A stretch of DNA of 64,000 nt from an uncultured Bdellovibrio sp. (GTDB lineage: Bacteria; Bdellovibrionota; Bdellovibrionia; Bdellovibrionales; Bdellovibrionaceae): positions 32,001 to 96,000 of the forward strand of contig CAWVRN010000014.1 of assembly GCA_963932905.1 (NCBI GenBank), in the 5' to 3' direction. A program made the translations under genes and the position numbers. Shown piece by piece: positions 1-9,046 of the stretch. Positions within the stretch are counted from its first letter, which is position 1. Each line of letters starts with the position of its first letter. The notes under the pieces were generated by a model that did no database searches, was not told the origin of the DNA, and saw nothing but the letters and a program-made list of their open reading frames with translations.

Positions 1-1232
1 CGACACTGAAAGAACGCGCGCAATGGTTGTTTGGCGATGAAAAAGTTTTCTCTGTCGCTAAACAGTCAGATGGCTTTGATGTCGAGGCGGTCTTCATGAG
101 TCCGTATGATGTTGAAAAAAATAGTAAGAATATTTGGGTGTTTGTGCAAAACCGCTGGGTGCAAGATAAAATGATCCAAAGTGCTGTGATGGAAGCCTTC
201 AAAAATCTTCTTATGCACGGTGAATACCCGCGGGTAGTGATCAATATCAATTGCCCTAAAGATTTCGTAGATATCAATATTCACCCAGCAAAATCGCAAG
301 TGAAGTTCACGGACACTCAAAAAGTATTTAGATTGGTTTATCATACCTTAGAAAAAGCATTGTCATCTGGCCCTTGGAAAGAAATGGTGACAAACCCATC
401 TCATGAATCAACGACGACAGAAATCGCGACATCAGATCTTTCGACGTCGTCAGTGCCATCCATGACTACGCCGGTGCATCATTCAACTCAAAGCAGCTTT
501 CGCGATCCACAATTGTTTTCAGCGCAATTTCAGAAAAAAGTTTTCCCAACACCGCATTTATTCGCGGATCGACAAGTGCCTATTGCAACAGAAGTATCTA
601 AATCAGCTGCTGTGGTAAATTCGTTGCAGACCGAAAAGGCCGATATCTACTGGCAACAGTACCAAGTGATCGGGCAAGTGGATCTGACTTACATAGTTTG
701 TCAGAATGCTGAAAAAATGGTGCTAGTGGATCAGCACGCGGCTCATGAACGGGTGCTGTTTGAACGTATTTTAAATCAATATAAAAATGGTTCGATTGGA
801 ATTCAAAAATTGCTGATTCCTATTTCTATGGATTTGGAAGTGGATCAAGTTGAGCTGCTTTTAAAGAATCAAGAGCAGTTGGATAAAATTGGAATCCAGT
901 TTGAGCAAACGGGTCCTGCCTCAATTTGTATTCTGGGTATTCCTACCGAGATAAAAGAATACGGCGTGCTGAAATTAATCCATCAATTCATCAACGAAGC
1001 TGAGTCTGTTTCGACAAGCTACGTTTTTGAAAATCGCGTGAAAGATTTCGTGGCCACGCTTGCCTGTCATTCGGCAATTCGAGCGGGGCAGAGTTTAAGT
1101 CAGTCCGAAATGGAGAAATTGCTAGCCGATATGGACGAGCATCCACTATCAAGTTTCTGTCCGCATGGTCGCCCGGTGAATTTGGAATTCTCGTTTAAGT
1201 ACTTAGAGAAAGAATTTGGCCGCATCAACTAA
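1..1232 (+). CDS. mutL: DNA mismatch repair endonuclease MutL (5' end outside window)
   Basis: VDINIHPAK, DQHAAHER, ACH and CPHGRP motifs; frame is open to the window edge; directly upstream of miaA. Confidence 0.97.
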   Translation, partial: TLKERAQWLFGDEKVFSVAKQSDGFDVEAVFMSPYDVEKNSKNIWVFVQNRWVQDKMIQSAVMEAFKNLLMHGEYPRVVININCPKDFVDINIHPAKSQVKFTDTQKVFRLVYHTLEKALSSGPWKEMVTNPSHESTTTEIATSDLSTSSVPSMTTPVHHSTQSSFRDPQLFSAQFQKKVFPTPHLFADRQVPIATEVSKSAAVVNSLQTEKADIYWQQYQVIGQVDLTYIVCQNAEKMVLVDQHAAHERVLFERILNQYKNGSIGIQKLLIPISMDLEVDQVELLLKNQEQLDKIGIQFEQTGPASICILGIPTEIKEYGVLKLIHQFINEAESVSTSYVFENRVKDFVATLACHSAIRAGQSLSQSEMEKLLADMDEHPLSSFCPHGRPVNLEFSFKYLEKEFGRIN

Positions 1233-2130
1233 CTCCGACAAAAACGTAGTCTTTGTTGTTGGGCCTACCGCTGCCGGAAAATCTTTCTGGGCGCTGGAGC
1301 ATGCGAAAAAATATCCTGATTCTTGCATCGTTAATTGCGATAGTGTTCAGATTTATAAACACCTAGACATTGGCAGTAGTAAGCCATCACCGGAAGATTT
1401 AAGGGTTCGGCCACATTATCTGTACAGCGAAATCGATTACCCAGAGACGATTACGGCCGGTCAATATGAGCGTTTGTTTTTTAATTTGCTTGAATCCATA
1501 CCTGAAAAGAAAATTTTTGTGGTAGGTGGAACTGGGTTTTATTTCCAAGCTATTGAAAAAGGGATGTACCCGGTCAGCGTCATTAAGGACGAAGTCAAAA
1601 AAGAATTTGATCAACTGGTTGTTTTAGAAGGTTTTGAGTATCTGTATCGATGGATTGAAAAAACAGACCCGGAGTTTGCTAAAAAAATTTCGGTGAACGA
1701 TCATTATCGCATCGAGCGTTCCTATCAGTTGATGCGCTCAGAAGGGAAGCCAATGACTCAAATTCAGAAGGAATTTTCTGACGCTCAAAGGGCATTTCCT
1801 TATCCGTTAACAAAGATTGGAATTACCGCAGATAAAGACGTTCTTCGCGATATGGTTATTCTTCGTACAAAAAAAATGCTTCAGATGGGACTCGTAGGCG
1901 AGGTTAAAAGTCTGTTAGCTAAAGGTATGGTCAATTGGGATCCTTTATCTAGTGTCGGCTACAGAGAAACAATTCACTGGTTGCAGAGCCCAAATGCGGA
2001 AAGTGTAGAGTCGCTCGAAAAAGATATTTCGATCAGTACCATGCAGCTCATAAAGAAGCAGAAAACATGGTTTCAGCGTGATAAGCAGATTCGCTGGCTG
2101 AAAAAAGACGAAACCGTTTCGTTGTTCTAA
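1216..2130 (+). CDS. miaA: tRNA (adenosine37-N6)-dimethylallyltransferase
   Basis: GPTAAGKS P-loop, DSVQIY, GGTGFY, KKQKTWF; conserved mutL-miaA order. Confidence 0.97.
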   Translation: MAASTNSDKNVVFVVGPTAAGKSFWALEHAKKYPDSCIVNCDSVQIYKHLDIGSSKPSPEDLRVRPHYLYSEIDYPETITAGQYERLFFNLLESIPEKKIFVVGGTGFYFQAIEKGMYPVSVIKDEVKKEFDQLVVLEGFEYLYRWIEKTDPEFAKKISVNDHYRIERSYQLMRSEGKPMTQIQKEFSDAQRAFPYPLTKIGITADKDVLRDMVILRTKKMLQMGLVGEVKSLLAKGMVNWDPLSSVGYRETIHWLQSPNAESVESLEKDISISTMQLIKKQKTWFQRDKQIRWLKKDETVSLF

Positions 2131-2361
2131 CTAATTGATAAACGCCAAGAACGCCAACAGAAGCGTATCGGCGAAGGTGTAAAAAATGGTACTTTGACTC
2201 CAGAAGAAGCTAAAAAATTGGAAGCTCGTGAGCAACGTATTGACAATGCCGAAGAGAAAGCAAAGGCGGACGGCAAAGTAACTAAAAAAGAAGCGGTTAA
2301 AATCGAAAAAATGCAAGACCTCACTAGCAAAAAAATCCACCGTAAAAAACACAATCAGTAA
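2131..2361 (+). pseudogene. Start-less 76-codon frame encoding a charged helical protein (LIDKRQERQQKRIGEGVKNGTLTPEEAKKLE...KADGKVTKKE...KKHNQ), in frame with miaA
   Basis: My translation from 2131 is open to TAA 2359-2361. It resembles, from memory, a widespread small secreted family (IDxRQxxQxxRIxxGxxxGxLT...ADGxVT). No signal peptide or canonical 5' start; followed by a terminator. Confidence 0.65.
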
Positions 2362-2380
2362 TCTTTGGACTATGATCCCA

Positions 2381-2420
2381 ATAACGGCGCCTTTCTTTAA
2401 CGGAGGCGCCGTTATCGTTT
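2381..2420 (+). terminator. Intrinsic terminator hairpin
   Basis: ATAACGGCGCCT (2381-2392) / AGGCGCCGTTAT (2404-2415), perfect 12-bp stem. Confidence 0.75.
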
Positions 2421-2464
2421 CTGCTTTCGAAATAGCGCGTTAAATAGGCAAGGCCAGGCCTCTG

Positions 2465-2493
2465 TTGACGAATAGATAGTTCTTCGCCATAAT
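2465..2493 (+). promoter_or_regulatory. sigma70-type promoter of yicC operon, probably leaderless
   Basis: TTGACG-N17-CATAAT ending 6 nt before ATG 2500; no Shine-Dalgarno (SD). Confidence 0.65.
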
Positions 2494-2499
2494 CCCGAC

Positions 2500-3378
2500 A
2501 TGAAGAGCATGACTGGCTACGGTTCCGCTAAAAAGGAACTAAAAAATTTCCAAATAGAATTAAATATAAAATCTGTGAATGGTCGTTTCTTGGAACTACG
2601 TTTTCATATGCCGAAAGAGTATGTGGCGATTGAATCTGAGTTTCGTCGTATTCTGCCTGAGTTCTTTGCTCGAGGTACGATCGATATTTTCTGCAATCGC
2701 AAAATTAAAACCAGCAACGAAATCTCGGGCGTCGAAATCAATTTCGCGCTCGCCGATAAAATTCATAAAGAATTGCAGAGCTTAAATAAGCGACTTAAGT
2801 TAAAAAGTGAAGTTCACTTGAATCAAATTATTTCCTCGGCGCCAGTATTGAAAGTCAAAGAAGAGGTCGAGCTTTCAAAAAGTGAACGTTCCGAAGTGAT
2901 CTCGTTGCTAAAAGAATCTGCAAAACTGTGTCTGGCTGAACGTGTACGTGAAGGACAGTCTCTGAAGAAGGAATTTCTAAGTCTACTGTCGAAATTGAGC
3001 GAAGAAGTTGATAGTGTTAAAAACTTAAAAGAGATACATAATCTTGAGGTTTCTCAAAGGCTGAAAGATAAAATCAAAAGTAAAGGCCTGGTTGAGAACA
3101 TCGACGATACGAAGTTTCAGCAAGAGTTATTCTTTTGGACTGAAAAAACTGATATAGCCGAAGAGATTCAGCGCCTAGAAGAACATATCCGTAACTACAA
3201 AAACCTCCTTTTGTCTAAAAATTCAAACGGAAAGAAAATAGACTTTTACACTCAAGAGTTACTCAGAGAAATTAATACTATAGGATCAAAGTCTCAAAGC
3301 TCGAAAATCACACAACATGTGGTAGAGGCCAAGAGTTTGATCGAAAAACTTAAGGAACAAGCGCAGAATATTGAATGA
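2500..3378 (+). CDS. yicC: YicC/YloC family endoribonuclease
   Basis: MKSMTGYG, KSVNGRFLE, DIAEEIQRL, QELLREINTIGSK, EQAQNIE; upstream of gmk. Confidence 0.95.
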   Translation: MKSMTGYGSAKKELKNFQIELNIKSVNGRFLELRFHMPKEYVAIESEFRRILPEFFARGTIDIFCNRKIKTSNEISGVEINFALADKIHKELQSLNKRLKLKSEVHLNQIISSAPVLKVKEEVELSKSERSEVISLLKESAKLCLAERVREGQSLKKEFLSLLSKLSEEVDSVKNLKEIHNLEVSQRLKDKIKSKGLVENIDDTKFQQELFFWTEKTDIAEEIQRLEEHIRNYKNLLLSKNSNGKKIDFYTQELLREINTIGSKSQSSKITQHVVEAKSLIEKLKEQAQNIE

Positions 3379-3932
3379 AGACTAATTTAATTATTCTAGC
3401 AGCGCCAAGTGGTGCCGGAAAAAGCAGTTTTATCGAAAAAATCTGCGCCGACAACAAAGTGCTGTTCGACACCATTACCTACACCACGCGCGCAATGAGA
3501 AAGGGCGAATCTCAAGGCTTTCCTTATTTTTTCATCACTGAAGATGAATTCAACTCAAAGAAAGAAGAAGGTTTTTTTGTCGAATGGGCTCGAGTTCACA
3601 ATCACTTGTACGGCACTTCTCGCGTACAGATTGAAGATGCTTGGAAACAGGGTCGCTGTGTGATTATGGATGTCGACATTCAAGGCGCTAAGACGTTTAA
3701 AGAGCTTTATCCGCAAAGCCAAAGTATCTTTATCCTGCCACCTTCGATTGAAGAGTTGAGAAAGCGTATTGTTAAGCGCGACGGACGTATCCCTCCCGAT
3801 ATTGAAGTCCGTATGGAAAATGCAAAAAAAGAAATGGCCGAGGCGCCAGGATACGATTACCGCATCGTAAATGATCATTTTGAAACTTCTTATGCGGAAT
3901 TTAAAAAAATCATTGAAAATATCCTCGCCTAA
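3375..3932 (+). CDS. gmk: Guanylate kinase
   Basis: APSGAGKS, YTTR, YGT, DVDIQGA, FILPPS. Confidence 0.97.
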   Translation: MKTNLIILAAPSGAGKSSFIEKICADNKVLFDTITYTTRAMRKGESQGFPYFFITEDEFNSKKEEGFFVEWARVHNHLYGTSRVQIEDAWKQGRCVIMDVDIQGAKTFKELYPQSQSIFILPPSIEELRKRIVKRDGRIPPDIEVRMENAKKEMAEAPGYDYRIVNDHFETSYAEFKKIIENILA

Positions 3933-3962
3933 AGTTAGACATATAAGCTTCGGAGGAATTGA

Positions 3963-4202
3963 ATGGCTCGTGTAACAGTTGAAGATTGCTTGGAAAAGGT
4001 TCCAAATCGTTTCGCATTAGTTTTAATGGTTTCAAAGCGTGCAAAGCAGCTTTTGAAGGGTTCTGAGGCGACGGTTGCTTTAAAAAGCAATAAGTACATC
4101 GTAGCATCGCTTCGTGAAGTAGCGGCTGGTAACGTAGGTTACGAAAGCCATCTTGATAACGCAACGTGTATTAAAGATATCGAAGCGGATTTAAACAAAT
4201 AA
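3963..4202 (+). CDS. rpoZ: RNA polymerase omega subunit
   Basis: [10 protein letters not shown]...NRFALV..SKRA; GGAGG SD; gmk-rpoZ-spoT order. Confidence 0.97.
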   Translation: MARVTVEDCLEKVPNRFALVLMVSKRAKQLLKGSEATVALKSNKYIVASLREVAAGNVGYESHLDNATCIKDIEADLNK

Positions 4203-4293
4203 ACTCATAGTAACATAAGAGTTCTTTGTCGCTTCACCTGATTTCGGTTCACTCTTATTTTAGTTAACTGGCGTTCTTCCGAAAAAACGAGAT

Positions 4294-6510
4294 ATGGCTG
4301 AAATCGCTTTTGTCGCAGAGGATGCGACTCGAAATGTTCCAATCAAGACGATCGATGATCTTTGTAAAAAAATTACAAATTATCATCCGCATGCTGACGT
4401 CCAAACCGTAAAAAAAGCCTATTATTTTTCTGAAAAAGCTCACGAAGGACAATTTCGTCGCAGTGGTGAGCCGTATATATTTCATCCGTTATCAGTGGCT
4501 GGCATTCTGGCTGATCTCCGTTTGGATATCGATTCTATTATCACAGGAATTCTGCACGATACTGTAGAGGATACAGAAGTTACCTTGGAAGATGTTCGTC
4601 GTGAATTTGGAGAAACCGTCGCCGCTTTGGTGGATGGTGTAACCAAGATCGGTCAGATGAAGTTTAAAAACTCGGTTGAAAAACAGGGCGAGAATTTTCG
4701 GAAAATGATCGTGGCGATGGGGAAAGATATCCGCGTCGTGCTAGTTAAACTCGCTGATCGTTTGCATAACATGCGTACGCTGAACCATATGCCGTATGAA
4801 AAACAAGCGCGCATTGCTTTAGAAACATTAGAAATCTACTGCCCATTGGCCGGTCGTATGGGTATCAATGAATTAAAGATCGAACTCGAAGATCTTTGCT
4901 TTCGTTACTATCGACCGGATATGTATTACCAATTAAATCAAAAAGTTAAAAAGACGGAAGCTGAAACAGATCGCTACATTGATGATGTGAAGAGGCTTAT
5001 AGGTAAATCGCTAGAAAAAACGACGGTCAAGTATCACGTTTATGGTCGATCAAAGCATTTATGGTCCATCTACCGAAAAATGCAGGCACGTAATATCGAG
5101 TACGAGCAAGTGTTTGACGTTCTGGCATTTCGTGTGATTGTCGCCAGTATTCCTGAGTGTTACGAAGTTCTTGGTCACATCCATGCATTGTGGAAACCGG
5201 TACCTGGTCGTTTCAAAGACTTCATCGCGATGCCGAAAACAAATAATTACCGTTCACTGCATACGACAGTATTGGGCCCGGGTGGGGATCGAATTGAAAT
5301 TCAAATTCGTACTGAAGAAATGCATTTGATTGCCGAGCGCGGGATCGCCGCTCACTGGAAATATAAAGAGCGCGGTAAAATTGAAGACGAAGCCATTGGA
5401 CAATCAAATTGGATGCGCGATCTGGTCGCATGGCACCAGACAGTTCGTAATCCAGAAGAGTTCTTGGACACTGTAAAAACAGAAATGTTTGAAACGGAAA
5501 TATATGTGTTCACGCCAAATGGCGATGTTAAAGAATTACCAGACGGGGCGACGCCGATTGATTTTGCGTATGCGATTCACACTGATTTAGGAAATCAATG
5601 TGCGGGTGCACGTATCAACGGAAAAATGGTTCCGTTAAAACATAAATTGAAAAACGGTGATACCGTTGAAATCGTTACTTCGAAAACTCAAACACCATCT
5701 AAAGATTGGTTGAAATTCTGTATTACCAGCAAAGCACAAAGTAAAATTCGAGTGTTCGTTAAAGAAGAACAACGTAAACGTAGCTGGTTACTGGGTAAAG
5801 AACTTGTTGAAAAAGAATTTAGAAAATTCGGTTTAGCCGCCGTTCGTTACTTGAAAGGCGAAGAGTTTGAGAAGTTTCTAAAAGATGGCGGCGTTCATGG
5901 TATCGATGAAATGTATATCAAAGTTGGCTATGGAAAATTAGAGCCTCGTCATTTAGTTGATCGTTTAGCACCGAAATCAAATTTAGAAGAAAAAGCCCCT
6001 AAAGAATCATCTTTCATGGAGAAAGTTCTTAAGGGCGCTTCGCAAAAATTAAAACGTACGAAATCATTGATCTCTGTTGAAGGGATGGATGATATGCTGG
6101 TGCATTTTGCTAAATGTTGTTCGCCAATTCCTGGTGACCCGATCATTGGCTTCATTTCGCGTGGTCGTGGCGTGGCCATCCACCGTAGCGACTGCAAGAA
6201 AGCATTTGAACTAGATCAACTTCGTAAAGTCGACGTTTCTTGGAATGTGAAGCAAGCGGGCGAGGGTATGGAACGTGTAGTGCGTATGAAAATCACCTGC
6301 TTGGACGTTCCTGGTTTGTTAAAAACTATGACCGAGTCATTCTCTGCATTGGGAATCAATATTCAGTCTGTGAATATTCGTACGACCAAAGATAAAAAAG
6401 CGATTTGCTTGTTTGATATTTCTGTTCGGGATTCATCGCAGCTAAATCAAACTATTTTTGAAATGCAAAAAATCAAAGGCATTTTATCTGTAGAACGCGT
6501 CACCTCGTAA
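4294..6510 (+). CDS. spoT: Bifunctional (p)ppGpp synthetase/hydrolase (RelA/SpoT homolog)
   Basis: HD domain (RRSGEPY, LHDTVED, KLADRLHNMRTL), RFKD, YRSLHT, EIQIRT, TGS, CC and ACT domains. Confidence 0.96.
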   Translation: MAEIAFVAEDATRNVPIKTIDDLCKKITNYHPHADVQTVKKAYYFSEKAHEGQFRRSGEPYIFHPLSVAGILADLRLDIDSIITGILHDTVEDTEVTLEDVRREFGETVAALVDGVTKIGQMKFKNSVEKQGENFRKMIVAMGKDIRVVLVKLADRLHNMRTLNHMPYEKQARIALETLEIYCPLAGRMGINELKIELEDLCFRYYRPDMYYQLNQKVKKTEAETDRYIDDVKRLIGKSLEKTTVKYHVYGRSKHLWSIYRKMQARNIEYEQVFDVLAFRVIVASIPECYEVLGHIHALWKPVPGRFKDFIAMPKTNNYRSLHTTVLGPGGDRIEIQIRTEEMHLIAERGIAAHWKYKERGKIEDEAIGQSNWMRDLVAWHQTVRNPEEFLDTVKTEMFETEIYVFTPNGDVKELPDGATPIDFAYAIHTDLGNQCAGARINGKMVPLKHKLKNGDTVEIVTSKTQTPSKDWLKFCITSKAQSKIRVFVKEEQRKRSWLLGKELVEKEFRKFGLAAVRYLKGEEFEKFLKDGGVHGIDEMYIKVGYGKLEPRHLVDRLAPKSNLEEKAPKESSFMEKVLKGASQKLKRTKSLISVEGMDDMLVHFAKCCSPIPGDPIIGFISRGRGVAIHRSDCKKAFELDQLRKVDVSWNVKQAGEGMERVVRMKITCLDVPGLLKTMTESFSALGINIQSVNIRTTKDKKAICLFDISVRDSSQLNQTIFEMQKIKGILSVERVTS

Positions 6511-6512
6511 AA

Positions 6513-6542
6513 AGCTAGCCCTGACTTAAGATAAGGCTAGCT
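6513..6542. terminator. Hairpin downstream of spoT
   Basis: AGCTAGCC/GGCTAGCT stem; weak U-tract. Confidence 0.45.
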
Positions 6543-6586
6543 CCACAATGTGTTGAACCCGGTGCTTAAAATATTACAATTATAGG

Positions 6587-7891
6587 GTGATTAAAAAACT
6601 ACGACTCAATCTATTAGTCATTTTAATATCAATCGCTGGCCAAGCTGCAACTAATATACAGTATTACGAACGATCGAATTCCATGCTGTATGAATCTTCC
6701 GAGTCGGTGGGGTTAGAAGATTCTCTGTCTCCAGAATATAGAAAGTGGATGGCGACACTGGGCTTTTCTTACAAATCTTCACCACTGACATTGAAATCGG
6801 AAGACAACCGGAAAACATACACGTCGGTTATAGATTGGTTTCAAACTTTAAATTTCGGTGGTGCTTATCGATTGAACGATGCTTGGAGTATCGGGCTTAC
6901 AGGTTCATTGGTGCAATCAAAAATTTCTGGCGATACCAGCGTTAATTTAGCGGATACAAATTTACGTATTAACTATCGTCGTCCCATTAGCGCCACATCG
7001 GCGTGGGGCGTACATGCCTTGATGACGGCGCCAACGGGATCTGGAACCAAATTTACAAGCGATACGGGCGCCGGGATAGGTCTTGCGATTGCATTTGAAC
7101 ACAACATCGGGTTGTTGCAGTACGTAGCGAAAATCGGTTATTTGGAAAATTCAAAAGCAAAAGATGATGTTGATCCCAATTTAGATCAATCTCAACGAAT
7201 GATCGCTAGTATTTCTGGATTATTGCCTGTCACCGAGAAATGGGCAGTGACATCTGATTTTGAAAAAACTTGGACTTTGCCAATTAAGACTGTGTTTAAT
7301 CCGAATGAACTAAAAGTAGGCGCTAGATACGCAGCTAACTCTAGTCTGAATTTTTTTGCTGGAATGGGCCTTGATAGCATTAATAATAGCGAACCGTTAG
7401 ATACGCGCATGTATATAGGGTTGAAGTATTCGCCAGAAGAAACAAAAGTAGTATCAACTCCAGAGCCTCCTAAAGAAGAGGCTGTGAATAAAAACCCGGA
7501 GTGCTACGATATCGATAAGGTCGAAGAGACATACAGCGCAATGATTCGCTTTGATAACAACAAAGATGTTCTGAATGATCAATCGCGATCGGAATTTGAA
7601 AAGTTAATAGCGTACACTAAAGAGCATTTTTATAACATTAGTCATGTATCTATCCATGGTCATGCTTCAAAACCAGGAACAGATAGCTACAATTTCAAAT
7701 TATCTAAAAAACGTGCGAAAACGATATCTGAAGCGCTGTTACAGCTAGGGCTTGATCCAAAGTTGTTAGAAACAAAAGGTAAAGGCAAAAAAGAACTGAT
7801 TAAACTGGGTGACACGGAAGATGATCATTCAGTGAATCGGCGAGCTGAAATCAAAGTTTGGACACGAGAACTTAAGAAAGAGTGTAAATAA
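6587..7891 (+). CDS. OmpA family protein (N-terminal beta-barrel, C-terminal OmpA-like domain)
   Basis: Signal peptide, alternating beta-strand pattern, Pro-rich linker, IRFD...GHAS..G...YN..LS..RA...NRRAEI. Confidence 0.85.
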   Translation: MIKKLRLNLLVILISIAGQAATNIQYYERSNSMLYESSESVGLEDSLSPEYRKWMATLGFSYKSSPLTLKSEDNRKTYTSVIDWFQTLNFGGAYRLNDAWSIGLTGSLVQSKISGDTSVNLADTNLRINYRRPISATSAWGVHALMTAPTGSGTKFTSDTGAGIGLAIAFEHNIGLLQYVAKIGYLENSKAKDDVDPNLDQSQRMIASISGLLPVTEKWAVTSDFEKTWTLPIKTVFNPNELKVGARYAANSSLNFFAGMGLDSINNSEPLDTRMYIGLKYSPEETKVVSTPEPPKEEAVNKNPECYDIDKVEETYSAMIRFDNNKDVLNDQSRSEFEKLIAYTKEHFYNISHVSIHGHASKPGTDSYNFKLSKKRAKTISEALLQLGLDPKLLETKGKGKKELIKLGDTEDDHSVNRRAEIKVWTRELKKECK

Positions 7892-7913
7892 GCGTATCGA
7901 GAGGAGTCACCGA

Positions 7914-8903
7914 ATGAAAAAAATAATTCTTAGCACCTTAGCTATCTTTATGTTTGCGTGCTCGCAAAACGCTCATCTTACGCGCCCTGATACCAGCGGC
8001 GATAATAGTGGATTATCTCAAAAGCCAGGTGACACGGTTCCGCCAGCTAAAATGAAAGTGACTCTGGAAGATGTACAGCAGGGTACAAAATTGTTTTCGG
8101 GCTTGTTTCTTGCGGAGGGAAATTTGAATGAGCTTAGTCCAGCAGAAGTGGAATCTGATTCTGTATACCGTTGGGATCAGTTTTCGAAATACTTTCAAGG
8201 GCGAGCTGAAGGCGATATTGCTGGTGTTGAATTTGAAAAAGTAAATTGGGCTAAAGAATCAAATGAACATTACCAGTTGTTCGATGCTACAGAATCATAT
8301 GTGTTGGCTGAAGGTCAGCGTGGTGTTGCACGGTCTATTAAAATGACAGTTACGCAAACCATTCCGGGAAAATCTCCCGTTACTAAAGTGGTGGTTTATC
8401 CAGTCCAGTATCGATACAGCATTGATGATGAAGCGTTAAATCAAGGTCGCTTGGGTAGAAAAAATGATGTGTATTATGTGCAAGGGTTGGTTCCTGGCCG
8501 CTATGTGCGTGGTTTAGAGTATGTATCTAATAGAAACCTTCTCTATAGAAATATAAACTGTCATAACGGTTATGATTTTATCGACACCTATGTTTTAAAT
8601 GGACGCAATAATTTTAAAGCTCGCGTGACGGCTCGTCGTAATCAGGCCGGTACGTGGATTCCATTTCAGCAAACCTATTCAACTTTACTTGGCGCGGTGG
8701 GTTTTGGTTTAACAAACAAGCGTACGGCGTATTTTTCTGATGTTTTAGATTATGGTGGTAATTGTACATTTAAAGTTCAAGGGTTAATGTCGGTTAAAGC
8801 TCTTAACTCTGAAATTATTGATGGGATTCGTGTAGAGCTCATTGCTCAGAATGGTGAAAAAGGCTACGCGGAATTCGGTGTGACTGTTTTAGAAGCCTAT
8901 TAA
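7914..8903 (+). CDS. Hypothetical lipoprotein
   Basis: GAGGAG SD; MKKIILSTLAIFMFAC lipobox; 329 aa. Confidence 0.8.
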   Translation: MKKIILSTLAIFMFACSQNAHLTRPDTSGDNSGLSQKPGDTVPPAKMKVTLEDVQQGTKLFSGLFLAEGNLNELSPAEVESDSVYRWDQFSKYFQGRAEGDIAGVEFEKVNWAKESNEHYQLFDATESYVLAEGQRGVARSIKMTVTQTIPGKSPVTKVVVYPVQYRYSIDDEALNQGRLGRKNDVYYVQGLVPGRYVRGLEYVSNRNLLYRNINCHNGYDFIDTYVLNGRNNFKARVTARRNQAGTWIPFQQTYSTLLGAVGFGLTNKRTAYFSDVLDYGGNCTFKVQGLMSVKALNSEIIDGIRVELIAQNGEKGYAEFGVTVLEAY

Positions 8904-9046
8904 CTTATTTTCCACAAAATGTCGGCACTTTTTAGGGCCCGACTTCAATCTAGAATCTCAGTCGCTCAATGAGCAAGGAATATCGTAAGTCCAGGGAGAA
9001 ACTTCAAGATTTTAGAAAAATGTTTTTTTGTGTATACTTGAAACAG

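Noticed and set aside
2127..2354. Two minus-strand ORFs (75 and 73 aa)
   Set aside because: Phe/Leu/Ser-rich antisense shadows of the Lys/Glu-rich plus-strand frame
4216..4267. ATAAGAGT/ACTCTTAT stem between rpoZ and spoT as a regulatory RNA
   Set aside because: Only 8 bp of AT-rich pairing with a large loop; no recognisable motif
8969..9046. Upstream ATG extension of the peptidase N-terminal ORF
   Set aside because: The signal peptide and a TATACT -10 fit ATG 9047 better
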